From Leucoraja ocellata (Eukaryota), in assembly GCA_036785375.1 (NCBI GenBank), contig JAWMAR010000105.1, positions 2,418,001-2,482,000 on the forward strand: a stretch of DNA of 64,000 nucleotides, in the 5' to 3' direction. The translations under genes were made by a program, and so were the position numbers. The notes below the pieces were generated by a model. That model was not told the DNA's origin and made no database searches. It saw only the letters and a list, made by a program, of their open reading frames with translations. Of the stretch, positions 50,705 through 62,749 are shown one piece after another. Positions within the stretch are counted from its first letter, which is position 1. Each line of letters begins with the position of its first letter.

Positions 50705-52410
50705 CCAACATCAGCAGTTCCTTGTTTCTACCTAGTCCCGGAGTAACTCGGCTGGGTCATGGATAGGTGACGTTTCGGGTCTGGGGTAGAGGCAGGCAGA
50801 AGTACTGGATGAGGAGGGGGCAGCACAAAGCCTGGCAAGGTGGATATAGGTGAGAGGGTTGTTATTGATGGGCAGATGGTTGAACAAAGACCAGAGATGA
50901 ATAGACAAAGGATGTGAGATAAGGATAGAAGAGTTGAGAATTGTGAAGCCAGTGGTAAGAATTAAGATGGGAGGGGAGAAATGGGTGTGAGTAGAGGTGG
51001 GAAACGGGGAAGGGGGGGGGGGGGGGGAGGTTTGATTAGTTTCCTGAAATTGAATAATTCAATGTTTTTTTTGGGGGGCTGTAAACTTCCCAGGTTACAA
51101 CAAAGTTCTGGTCCTTCAGTCTGCATGTGGTCTCACTCTGGCAACGTAAGAGGTCAGGGACAGAGGGGTCAATATGGAAATGAGGGGACAATTAAAATGG
51201 TTAGCCTGCGGGAGATCCAGAAGGTGGACCGAGCGCAAGTGTTTGGTGAAACAGTTGCTGAGTCTACTCTTTGTCTCGTCGATGTAAAGGAGGTCACATC
51301 GAGATCAGTCAGACACCTCCTTATACTTACCCCTTGAGCCCACAGAGGGGTATGTGACATCCAGCACATTCTGGCATTTCTGCCATCCCCATGTGATCCC
51401 ACCACCAGTCATATCTTCCCATATCCACCACTTTCTGCCTTCCAGAGACTGCTTCTACAACTCCTATGTCGACTAATCCCAACCAATCCTTCCCGAGGTT
51501 TTTTCCCAGGAGATATAAGACCTGTACCTATACCTCCATCCTTGCAGCTATCCAGGGACCTCAACAGTCCTTCCAGGTGAGACAAAGGTTCATGTGCACC
51601 TCTCAGCTCATCTACTATGTACAGTGTTGCTGGTGTCTCCTTTACATCAGTGAGACTTGGACATCTTTTAGCCAAGCACTCTTACTCGGTCTGCTGGACA
51701 TCCCAGTTGCTAGCCATTTTAATTCCTTTCCCATTCTCATAATGGCCTTTCTATCTTGGGCCACATGCAAATTGGAGGAACAACACCTCATATTACACGA
51801 GGGCAGTGACAACCCAATGATATGAACATTGAATTCTCCAATTTTTGGTAACTTACCAAAACCCCTTCCACCTACATTCCTTCCTCTGGCTTCACAATTT
51901 GAAATTCTTCTATCCATATCTCACACCATTTTGTCTTTCATCTGGGAGCTTTATCCAAACATCTGCCTTTTAACCCCTCCCCAACCCCCCTCATCTGCAT
52001 CCATCTATCACTTCCCAGGATAGACAAAAAAAAAATGCTGGAGTAACTCAGTGGGACAGGCAGCATCTCTGGAGAGAAAGAATGGGTGACGGTTCGGGTT
52101 GAGACCCCTCTTCAGACTGATCAGAAGGGTCTCGACCCGATGTCACCCATTCTCTCCAGAAATTCTACCTGTCCTGAGTTACTCCAGCATTTTGTGTCTA
52201 TCTTCGATTTAAACCAGCATCTGCAGTTCCTTCCCACACATACTATCACTTACCAGGCATAGTCCTGCCCCTCCTCTCTTCTAGCTTTCTGCCCACCCAC
52301 CCAAATGCAATCCATCTGATTAAGGGACACAACACAAAATTCCACCTATCCGTGTTCTTCAGCAATGCTGCCAGATCCACTGAGTTACTCCAGCAATTTA
52401 TCTTTTCCTA
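50705..52410. mobile_element. Decayed Penelope-like element with head-to-head inversion and GIY-YIG remnant
   Basis: Sense part 51320-51850 encodes KTCTYTS..IQGPQQSFQVRQRFMCTSQLIYYVQCCWCLLYISET...PVASHFNS...KLEEQHLI (GIY-YIG: LIY...LYIxET); antisense copy of the same 3' end at 50740-51300; terminal repeats at both outer ends. Confidence 0.8.
52020..52242. mobile_element. Fold-back PLE terminal-repeat pair nested in the older PLE
   Basis: Arms meet at ...ttcagactgatcagaagggtctcgaccc; TSD ctatcactt(c/a)ccagg at 52005-52019 / 52243-52257. Confidence 0.8.
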
Positions 52411-53116
52411 TATGTGGCGAATGATCTTTGGACATGCATTGCCTGGGAACAAGTTTACTATGTGTAAAGTGCCAGGGAATATTCATAAAAAGCAGAAGCA
52501 CAATGAATGTTTAAGACTGCAAATTATCTCTTTATAGTAACTGTATAACCATCTGGCCACTATCTCATTTCTGATGTCCTTATTGTGTCAATGTCCTTTG
52601 TTATCTCTTCCCCCACTTGTCATCAGTTGTCATCTGCTTTTCTCTGTGGAGCTAATTTAATTTTTGTTTAATGCCCAAAGCATTAACATAATTAAAAGTC
52701 TTGCATCTAAATATAGGGAGAGTGTTGATCAGTGCGTGCAGTAGAAATGGTGCACGTGAAGCAGATTTGAAGTGTAATGTGCTGCTGCCCTCGGTTACAA
52801 AATACTCACCTGCTTACACGTGACAAAAATCAGGTATTTCAGTTGACATGAAAATTGGTACTTTCTGATGACGTCAGCTAAAATCAGTCTGGTTGAAAAC
52901 TTACCCCATTTTGTGTGAGTGCACATCAGAATATTTTTCTTTTCCTTTATTTTGGAGTTGTACATGGAGGTCTTTCACTCGTTTGATGTCTCCTTAAATG
53001 ATGGGAAGATGCAAACATACATTTGAGAGGCAATCCTGTCAAATAAACACGAGATATCACACATTTACCTTTGGTGGTTCCCATTATCTGCTCTTGGAGT
53101 CATAGATTTTTTTTTA

Positions 53117-53265
53117 AGGTTTAGTTTAGAGATGCAGCGCGGAGACAGGCCCTTCAGCCCACCGAGTCCGCACCAACCAGCCATCCCCACACACTAACGT
53201 TCTCCTGCACACACTGGGGACAATTTACAATTATACTAAGCCAATTAGCCTACAAACCCGTACAT
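53117..53265 (-). mobile_element. V-SINE 3' half
   Basis: tttagtttagagatgcagcgcggagacaggcccttcagcccaccgag...ccaattagcctaca. Confidence 0.75.
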
Positions 53266-54129
53266 CCTAGGAATGGTGCCAAACAATGTGGAAATATGCC
53301 TCTCAGCACTTATTGTCCACACTGACCAACATGTCCAATCTACACTAGTTCCACCTGCCTGCATTTGGTGCATGTCCTCCTAAACCTATCCATGTCCCTG
53401 ACCAAATATTTCTTAAAACATGAACTTGTTGAAATGCAGAAATTACCAACCATCCCATTTTCTCTAATTTGTCATTCCATGTTTAATTAAGCTAAATTGC
53501 CTAATTATACGTTTTGGTTTTTTTGCCAGTGTGCTTCGAATAAGTCATTGTTAAATAAGGTCTCATTTTATATTTTTAATTTTACCAAAAAAGTGTGAAT
53601 GCATAATTAACGATTAATGTTTGAATATTTATTAACGACAAAACCCGATGGTAATTTCTACTTGTGAAAGATAGACGCAGCCAGCCACTGGAGAGGAGCT
53701 AAACATGTGATTAGGATTCTTGTGAGAAAAGGGTAAATAATACTTTGTTAAATTATGTGGGGAAGGGGCTGGAGTAAATGTGTTTTGGTCGGTCAAATAT
53801 TAAAATATCGGAGGGCTTTTGCTGCAGGGTTTAAGGAATGAAAATGGTGTCAATTTACAAAGACTTTGTACTTCAAGCAAGGATATGGCAACAGGACAAA
53901 GAGGTTTTTGTGTTATTCGGTCTTTTTTTTAATAGTGTACCAAAGATATTATTGTTTTCTCGCAGAACCGAGTCAGTTAGTAATACTGGAAACACTGTAT
54001 CATTGTGATCGGATAGCAAACAGTTTGTATTGGGTAATGCATTAAAAAAAATCTATAAAAACGTTGTAATCTGCGACCTGCCTTTCCATGCTTGCCCCTG
54101 GTGTGTTTCACAAATATAATAATTTAGGT

Positions 54130-54340
54130 TCTTTCATAAGAGATAGTAGAATTAGGCCATTCAGCCCATCAAGTCTACTCTGCCATTCAATCATGGCTGA
54201 TCTATCTAACCCCATTCTCCTGCCTGATAACCTCTGACACCTGCAATAATCAAGAATCTATCTATGTCTGCCTTAAATATATCCACTGACCTTTGCTCCA
54301 CAGCCTTCTGTGGCAAAGAATTCCAAAGATTCACCACCCA
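54130..54340 (-). mobile_element. CR1 3' tail
   Basis: agaattaggccattcagcccatcaagtctactctgccattcaatcatggctgatc...gaattccaaagattcaccaccc. Confidence 0.75.
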
Positions 54341-57300
54341 TTCTTACCACTGAATGTAACTGATAATGAGAAAAACAATTCATCTTCTGATAGGCAAGCA
54401 AAATCATTTTAAATTATCAAGAGAATTTAAAATACACAATTTTAATGCATCATAATTTCATATACTTCTATTGGGTCTCCCCTCAATGGTTCTGACGGTC
54501 ATAGCTATTCCCTGTTTATCTTATTTATAGCATTGAAAGATGCTGAAATATAACATTAACCTGCAATTTATGAATTGGCAGAGTACGTTGAAGGGCTGAA
54601 GAGCCTAAAGCAAAAAAATAAACCGCTGGGAGAGAAAACAACATGCGTGGAGGCAAAGGGGTGGTCTGTTTCGAGTCAAAATCCTGCATTAGAGTGTATA
54701 GGGGGAAGGTGGGCAGTATAAAGAAGTGAGGGGGAGGGGTGAGATAGAGGCTGATAGGTGAGAGTTGAACAGAAGAAAAAAAAATCAGGTGGATCAGGGG
54801 AGGGAGAGCCTCTCTCTACCAGCCTCTAACTTCTCTGTTCATAGGTAGTCATTCCTGTAACAGTTTAAAAAGTTGTTTTCAAAAGTGGGAACTGGACGCT
54901 TTTCTGCCTGTTGTAAAGCAAAAATAGTTGACTACAAATGCCGTTATAAATAAACCATGTTATAACTCTGCTGTATTTCCACTTGACAGCATGAACTGAG
55001 GTTGCAACTAAATGCCTGTAAATGACTGCATTCGGCTCCACCAGGAACGTATTGCACATCTTAAAGAGAATGAGCAAATGCAGAATGGAAACCTTGTATT
55101 TGCTACTCGACTTTTGTCTGCGGATATGTATTTGTATCACAGTTGCCACATTTTCATTATCGGCCCCTCTCCCCCTTTTAGAACCCAGCTGTGTGAATTC
55201 CTGCCATGTCGCAGAGGGATGGTAATGAATTTTATTTGAAAGACAATGAAAATATATCGGAGGTTATAATTTGACCACAGGACAAACAGTGCATTTCATT
55301 TCTCTGTATTCACTCAAGTGAAGTTGCTCATTAAATAACGTGTTCAAGTGCACTGCACCGCATGTATTCTGACCTGGATCTTCACTACAGTTCAAAGTGG
55401 GTGCTGCGCTGTTAGAAGGGCCATCTTTTTGATAAAGACCGATGTATCTTCAGTGGGCGTAAAGAATTTCAGGAATCTATTTGAGACGGAGCAGGAGATT
55501 TCTGCCTTTTTAGTCAGGGGAATGAACCACGGACTACATGGCAACAAGGCACTGTCTTGTAGCAATTAAGGCTTCACCCGCGCAACAGAAAGGCCATGTT
55601 GAAGATAATCAACAGGAAACCAGGAACAATATGAATTATTTTGCATAGATTAATTATCTGTGGTAATGAAGGATGCTAGTGAAAATCCTAAAATCTCTCA
55701 TGCCCTCTTTATCCGTTCTTGCCGAATTACTATTTGTTCCCATTCCCCGGCCAGCCTTGTTTTAGTTATTAGTTATCCCTGCTGTAATAATTGAAACAAT
55801 TACAGAATTTCCTGTTCAATGCTGGGCTCCGACCAACTTTCTGATCTGCTTTATTGTTCTTTCTTATTACAAAGAGTTTTATGGGAAGTGGATTGGAAGG
55901 TAAGCTTAAATGAGATTTTACATTTGTCATCAGTTGCCAACCTTATAAAAACCTTAACAAAATAACTTAGCATTTGGGATATGCATTACTCGGAGAGATT
56001 TTAGGAGCACATGGAAATTTAGCAAGTGTCACACTACAGGTGATGTCTTAAATTATTCCATGTCGGGGCACGTTTGTGCCATGTGCATTGTTTCTATAAA
56101 ATGTGCAGATGTGCAAAATCTTAATTAAACAGGCCCAGCAGCAGCTGTGGAGAAGGAAACAGTGCTAATACTCTAGCTCCCCTCATCATGTATTGTCATT
56201 GGCCCAAATAAGCGAGTTCAGTATCTCGATAAACGCAAGGAATCATGGGATTTGTCAAAGGTCATTTGGTATTTTATTAAAAAACGATCGCAGCGCTGTA
56301 TAAACTGTGTATAAATTGATAACCATTCTACCAAGGAATTAATCTGGAATTCTGTCAACTCAATAGTTTTCGTTCCTGTTCTGCTGTTCACACACTACTT
56401 ACACAGTCCCAGTTCTAGTTCAGTTCATTAATCTGCAATTATGAGATATTCAAAAAGTTAAAGAATGTATTATATTCATTTAATCCTTAATGTGTTTGCT
56501 ACTGGAATCAGAAAATATTACTTGTGTTTGAAACATTTTCTTATCTTTATTCATAATTTATGTGTAAAAATATTTAATCTCAGGCAGACAGTGACTGTAT
56601 CAGTGTGATGTGGGCTGATGCTTTACCTACAGGCGGTGTGAATGTACCGTTAAGGCAAAGATTCATCTCCGAGGAAAACTGAGTACAGGGTTGGCCCTGT
56701 GAAGGAGCCGCCAATCTGATATAAGACATTTAACTGCGAAATGCCTGCCCTTTAGTATTGGATCGATTGAGTCTGAATGAGAAAATGCTCCCATTACAGG
56801 TATAAACACTCATATTACGGGCTGGCTCCATGTTTGCCCACTCGCTGGGGCTGGTGGTGCCTCCTTCAAAGGGAGCGATAAAAGGTCCCGTCAGCTGGGG
56901 AGCTACGACCCACTCCTGAGTGAAGCCTCTAGTTTGGCTGCGGTTCAAATGGTTGCAAATTCTCATAATTATCACCGCCCGGTCACCTGGACCCAGCTCC
57001 CAACTGTATGTCCTGACAGACTGGAACCAACCCCAGAGGTTAAAGGGACAGCATCTTTATTTAAGCTAACCCACCTCGAAAGTTTAACCAGCCTGTTCGA
57101 ATACAATCTGAACTTTCCAACCTACCCCCACACAGCTCATTCTCCTCGTTTTCGTCAATCCAGGAAGGTTGTTTAGATAGGAATGTAAGAACAGTCTCAA
57201 ATTGCCTGACCACACATCTTGTAATTCGTGTAAATCAATATCGAATTTGAATGGCTGTGACTCAGGCTAATGCCAGGGATTTGATAATTGACAGGTTCGT

Positions 57301-57659
57301 TCCAGGCATTCTTGCGTTTTCAAGGCTGGTGCTGTATTGAGTCAATAATTTAAATAGAGATTTGTGGATTTGTGCAGCATACAGTGCGCTGTGGCCTACT
57401 GCTGACATATTTGATGGATACATTTATTTATAAATCTCATTGAATGGAATACGCAGGTCCGTACACACACAGTAGCTCAGCTGATGAGAATGTTTATCCC
57501 GAATTACCCATGACCTGGGCATGTGTAGTAAGACCGAACTCGCTTATAGCCAAGGGTGTCCATCTACCCAAAAACTAGCTAAATCTGAAACATTAGATCT
57601 GTTTCACTCTTCACAGATGCTACCTGAGCATCTGAACATATCTGGCAGGTTCTGGTTTT

Positions 57660-58246
57660 CATAGAAACATAGAAACTAGGTGCAGGAGTAGGCCATTCGG
57701 CCCTTCGAGCCTGCACCGCCATTCAATATGATCATGGCTGATCATCCAACTCGGTATCCCGTACCTGCCTTCTCTCCATACCCCCTGATCCCCTTAGCCA
57801 CAAGGGCCACATCTAACTCCCTCTTAAATATAGCCAATGAACTGGCCTCAACTACCCTCTGTGGCAGAGAGTTCCAGAGATTCACCACTCTCTGTGTGAA
57901 AAAAGTTCTTCTCATCTCGGTTTTAAAGGATTTCCCCCTTATCCTTAAGCTGTGACCCCTTGTCCTGGACTTCCCTAACATCGGGAACAATCTTCCTGCA
58001 TCTAGCCTGTCCAACCCCTTAAGAATTTTGTAAGTTTCTATAAGATCCCCTCTCAATCTCCTAAATTCTAGAGTATAAACCAAGTCTATCCAGTCTTTCT
58101 TCATAAGACAGTCCTGACATCCCAGGAATCAGTCTGGTGAACCGTCTCTGCACTCCCTCTATGGCAATAATGTTCTTCCTCAGATTTGGAGACCAAAACT
58201 GTACGCAATACTCCAGGTGTGGTCTCACCAAGACCCTGTACAACTG
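57660..58246 (-). mobile_element. Young 5'-truncated CR1/HER1-like LINE
   Basis: Near-identical reverse complement of ~6519-7106; a 2-bp deletion (tactctctag to tactctag) splits the frame into ORFs 58061-58243 and 57742-58104. Confidence 0.95.
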
Positions 58247-58389
58247 TTTTGCAGCATCTGCAATCTTTTGATTTCAATATTTAATATGATATACAGTTTG
58301 AATTTTCAACGAGGACCTGTGCTGTCATTGCTAGATGTTTGAAGCAAGCTGTTGCTGCTCTTATTTACTTAGTGTATTACGATTCTATT

Positions 58390-58700
58390 AGAGTTATACA
58401 GCATGGAAACAGGCCCTTCAATCAAACTGGCCCATGTTGACCAAGATGCCCTATCTACACTAGTCCCACCTGCCTGCATTTGGTCCACATGCCTTTCAAC
58501 CTTTCCTATCCATATACCTGCTCAAATGTCTTTTAATTGTTGTAACAGTACTTGCCTCAACTACCTCCTGGTATATTCCATGTACCAACCACCCTTTGTG
58601 TGGAAAAAGTTGCTCCGCAGGTTCCTGTTAAATCTTTTTCCTCTCACCTTAAACCTATGGCCCCTAATCTGGGTAAAAGACTATGTGCATTTACACGATC
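58390..58700 (-). mobile_element. Older CR1 3' fragment
   Basis: acagcatggaaacaggcccttc...tagtcccacctgcctgcatttggtcc...ccttaaacctatggcccct. Confidence 0.7.
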
Positions 58701-59348
58701 TATTCCCCTTTTATATAGCACTGGCGGGTTTTCCTTTGATGCTTGCTGCCTTCAACTTTCCCTGTTTGGCCCAATGCTCCAAGCAATTTGCTCTCACCTT
58801 GCCTTGGGAACTCTGGAAAGCAGCTTACATTTCCTTTGCACATATCTGATTCTTTGACATCATATTCTTGTCTTTCCTAGTTCTAACAGTCTTGATTCCA
58901 CTAACAACATAACTGTATGAACACTAAATTCTCCAATTTTAGGTAACCCCACCAATTATTTATTTGTACTTTTCTTTACACTTCGCCCTTCTTTCTTGCG
59001 ACCAAATGCCTCCCAACCCCACCCCCCTCATCTTGGTGTGCAACCAACTCTCCACTATCCCACCCCTCCTCCTCTTCCACCCCCTCCCTTGGGCTTCACT
59101 TTTTACTCCTCTTACTCATCTTCTCTCCTTATCTGACACTCTTTTGTCTCTCTTTCATCTCTGGCCTTTGTCCAACCATCTGTTAATCAAAACCCTCCTC
59201 AGCTATATCCTCCTCTCACTTGCCAGACTGTGTCTCACCACCATCAAGAATACATCTAATGTATTCAAGAGAGTTAGATATAGCTCTTAGGGCTAACGGA
59301 ATCAAAGGATATGCGGAGATAGCAGAAACAAGGTACCAATTTTGGATG

Positions 59349-59440
59349 TTACACAAAAAAGCTGGAGAAACTCAGCGGGTGCAGCAGCATCTATGGAGCG
59401 AAGGAAATAGGCAACGTTTCGGGCCGAAACCCTTCTTCAG
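59349..59440 (-). mobile_element. Young 92-bp PLE terminal-repeat insertion
   Basis: 14-bp TSD accaattttggatg (59335-59348 / 59441-59454); same subfamily as 16149 and 44387. Confidence 0.9.
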
Positions 59441-59444
59441 ACCA
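59407..59444 (-). ncRNA. Minimal type-I hammerhead ribozyme motif, best-preserved copy
   Basis: Reverse strand: ggt-CUGAAGA-a-GGGU(UUCG)GCCC-GAAAC-GUU-gcc; intact core, UUCG-capped helix II, self-complementary AACGUU in place of helix III. Confidence 0.75.
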
Positions 59445-59973
59445 ATTTTGGATGATCATCCATGATCATATTGAATGGTGGTGCTGGCTCGAACGGCCGA
59501 ATAGCCTACTCCATCACCTATTTTCTATGTTTCTATCTTAGAAACATAGAAAATAGGTGCAGGAGTAGGCCATTCGACCCTTCGAGCCTGAACTGCCATT
59601 CATCTTGCTTCCAGCTCTCTCCCACCTACCACAATCGGTCTGAAGGGTCCCCACCCAAAACGTTGCCTATCCATGTCCTCCAGAGATGCTGCCTGACCTG
59701 CTGAGTTACTCCAGCACCTTGTGTTCTCCGCAATATTCCAGCATCTGCAGTTCCTTGTGTCTATGTAAGACATTAACTCTGTTTCTCTTTCCACAGATGC
59801 TGCCTGACCTGCTGAGTATTTCCAACATCTGATGTCCATACTGTTTTTCATTTCCAGCATCCATAGTATTGTTTTTGATTTTGACTTTAGCTGTTGCACG
59901 GCATCCAAGTCTTTGTTAATTCAATTCAAGTCAGTCATATTAAAGTACAATAGGGACCTGGTCCATTGGGGAA

Positions 59974-60250
59974 GTGTAGGAAGGAACTGCAGTATCTGGT
60001 TTAAATCGAAGATGGACACAAACGCTGGAGTAACTCAGCAGGTCAGACAGCATCTCTGGAGAAAAGGAATAGGTGACGTTTTGGGTCGAGACCCTTCTTC
60101 AGACAGAGTTAGGGGAAAGGGAAATAAGATATACAAGGTGATATAGAGAGATATTGAACAAATGAATGAAAGATATGCAAAAAAAGTAACGTTGATAAAG
60201 AAAACGGGCCATTGTTAGCTGTGGTCTAGGTGAGAACAAGTTATTCAGAT
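59974..60250 (-). mobile_element. PLE terminal repeat plus 3'UTR
   Basis: gtgtaggaaggaactgcag...aggtgacgttttgggtcgagacccttcttcagac. Confidence 0.8.
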
Positions 60251-61398
60251 AATGAAACTGGGGAATCCACTCGGGAAGTACCTGTTTCATTTATGGAGCT
60301 TCTCTAAGGATGCTGCCAGAATCAACAAACTCACGACTTTGGGATTATTGGATAAAGCACATATGCAGTATTACACCTATAATGTTGCAGCTTCTCCAAG
60401 CTGCATTACTGTTGTTTTTCCCCCTGGTGTTTTTTCTTAAAACTAATTATTTACTCTCTTCCCACCCCCTCTGCTGGTAACTGGACTCCTGCGGATTTTC
60501 TGTTTCACAGCCCGCAGTAACTTTTCAACGGCAATTCTCCACGTGCAGGCCTAATAAGCACAAGTTGTGAATTTTTACAATCCTTTCCTTGGTTTAATTA
60601 AATGATCAGATGGGATCTATCCCCTGGACAAATTGAATGCTAATTTACATTGCTAACAGATGCATTATTATGAGCAGCTGATGTTTCCTCTAATGTTTTT
60701 CCTCCCCCCCCACCACTATTATGACAGTGTCAGTGTGCTAAGCTAACCACTCAGTTTCACTGGCATTTTCTACATTTAAACTGGTCTTTAGAATCAAGCT
60801 TTTATATTTTCATTGTGAAAATTGTGCTCTTCTGATGCAGAATCAAGAGTTAATATACCACTTCTTGCAAATACTGTTATCCAGGAATATTTAATTATAT
60901 TTTGGTATACAGCCACATTAAATTGATCTAAAAATCTTGACTTCAAAGCAATTAAGAGATTGAAAACTGGTGGTGGATGGAGTTGAGCGATTCTGTTTTA
61001 ATTGAATTTTAACTTAAATGGAAGAGCTTGTGAAATGTACGTATCATGTTTCAAATTGACATGGCCGTACCGAAGAAAAAGTGAATTAAAACCTCCAACC
61101 AGCGTGGGCAGGATTACCAGGAGAAATTATTACAAAGGATAACTTCCTCTGATGAGCTTATCAAGTTCTTATTTCCAGTAAAAAATATTTTGGAGACACA
61201 CCAACGTTTGGTGGTTTTATAAATAAGTACATTAACTCTTAGAGTGAAAATCCAATGTGTTATTTAAAACCCCCCCAGTGATTCAAATGAAATGTGACAA
61301 ACAGCAACAGCACATTTAATAAAATAAATATCATTGACACGCTGATAATTATTGGGTAAATCAACAAAAGGAAAATATTGGCTCCTAATCATAAGCTA

Positions 61399-61554
61399 CT
61401 GTTCTTGTGCTGTAGTTTTCTATGGTCTATGTTTAGCATAGACATTGTGGACTGAAAGGCCTGTTTTTGTGCTGCAGTTATCTATGATTTATGTTTGGCA
61501 TAGACATAGTGGGCCGAAGGGCCTGTTCTTGTGCTGTACTTTCTATGTTCTATG
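61399..61554 (+). repeat. Tandem array (~2.5 x 62 bp) of CR1/SINE 3' tail units
   Basis: ttt(a/g)gcatagacat.gtgg..(c/t)gaa.ggcctgtt.ttgtgctg....tctatg...tatg repeated. Confidence 0.75.
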
Positions 61555-61791
61555 TATTTGTCAGCTGTTCATAATAGTACATCTTTAATCAAAACAAAGC
61601 TGTATTATTTAGTACTACACTTTGCAATATGAAATGTGACCTGCTGCTGCTGCTATGCTTGATCATCTTCGCAGGTGGACCCTCGTGATCAAAGATGACT
61701 TGCTTTCATTCCAATTTTGCGGGTTCTAAGGAGAGCGATGAGACCTGTATGGGAATCTTTTACATATGAGGCTGATCGTGTGGGTGGGACA

Positions 61792-62211
61792 TTAGTTTTA
61801 GTTTTTAGAGATAACAGTGTGGAAACAGGCCCTTAAGCCCACCGAGCCCGCGCCAACCAGCAATCACCCATAAACTAGTTACATCCTACACCATGGACAA
61901 TTTATAGAAACCAATTAATCGTTAAACCGGCACGCCTTTGATACGTGGAAGAGAAAACCAACAGTCACGGGGAGAACAATAGACAATAGGTGCAGGAGTA
62001 GGCCATTTGGCCATTCGAGCCAGCACCTCCATTTAATGTGATCATGGCTGATCATCCCAAATCAGTACCCCATTCCTGCCTTCTCTCCACATCCCCCGAG
62101 TCCGCGTACAAACGTACGACAAACTCCGTACAGACCACACCCATAGTCAAGATCGAACATGGATCTTTGGCTCTAAGGTTGTAACTCTACCACTGCGCCA
62201 GTGTGCTGCCC
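61792..62211 (-). mobile_element. V-SINE interrupted by a CR1 tail (~61977-62100)
   Basis: SINE tail at 61792-61975, head at 62105-62211; inserted caatagacaataggtgcaggagtaggcc... segment. Confidence 0.8.
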
Positions 62212-62219
62212 TGTGGTAC

Positions 62220-62370
62220 GATTCTTCTGCCCTTTATCGGGAGGTTTGGTATAATCCTGTTGCATGGTCTTGAGGTTCCCAATACCATTCTGAATACTCC
62301 TCCTCCACTTTGACCAGTCAGGGGCCAAGTATTCATTCCCAAGAGTCTGGGGCGATGAGTGCATCCATTA
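62220..62370 (-). mobile_element. Possible RTE-clade LINE C-terminal remnant
   Basis: EYLAPDWSKWRRSIQNG resembles the RTE WExLAxDRxxWRxxI motif. Confidence 0.45.
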
Positions 62371-62749
62371 ACTTTTCCCTCTATCTGAAAGCTAATCTTT
62401 TCCCGTAAAAGAGCTTGGAACAGGGTCTGTTTCAGGAGTCTGACGTCGGTCACATAAACAATGCGCCTGTTTAGTGTAGCTGACGGAGTGTAATGAGGAC
62501 CTCCTGTACAGCAATATTGATCTAAGATCAAGAGCTGCAGAAAATGTAACTGCTGTAACAAGACTAGCTGCTGTTTGCAAATACATGCACCAATCTTGTA
62601 ATTCACATAGCACGTAGCAGCTGGAAAGTCTGCAAAGATTTAAATATGACTGGTAAAATTTTAATCTCATCCTGTTAAGAATATTAGGATTGACACCTGC
62701 TGGAACGGATTTCAAATCCTGAATTACACCATCACTTTTTCAAAATTAT

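Larger units (their letters stand above)
59262..59602. mobile_element. CR1 3' end plus tail-to-tail inverted CR1 tip
   Basis: Sense tail ends ttttctatgtttctat (59536), followed by tagaaacatagaaaataggtgcaggagtaggccattc. Confidence 0.8.
58915..59765 (+). mobile_element. PLE 3' end hosting nested CR1 and young PLE insertions
   Basis: tatgaacactaaattctccaattttaggtaa (MNxxFSNFR*), pyrimidine-rich UTR, terminal repeat at 59635-59763. Confidence 0.7.
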
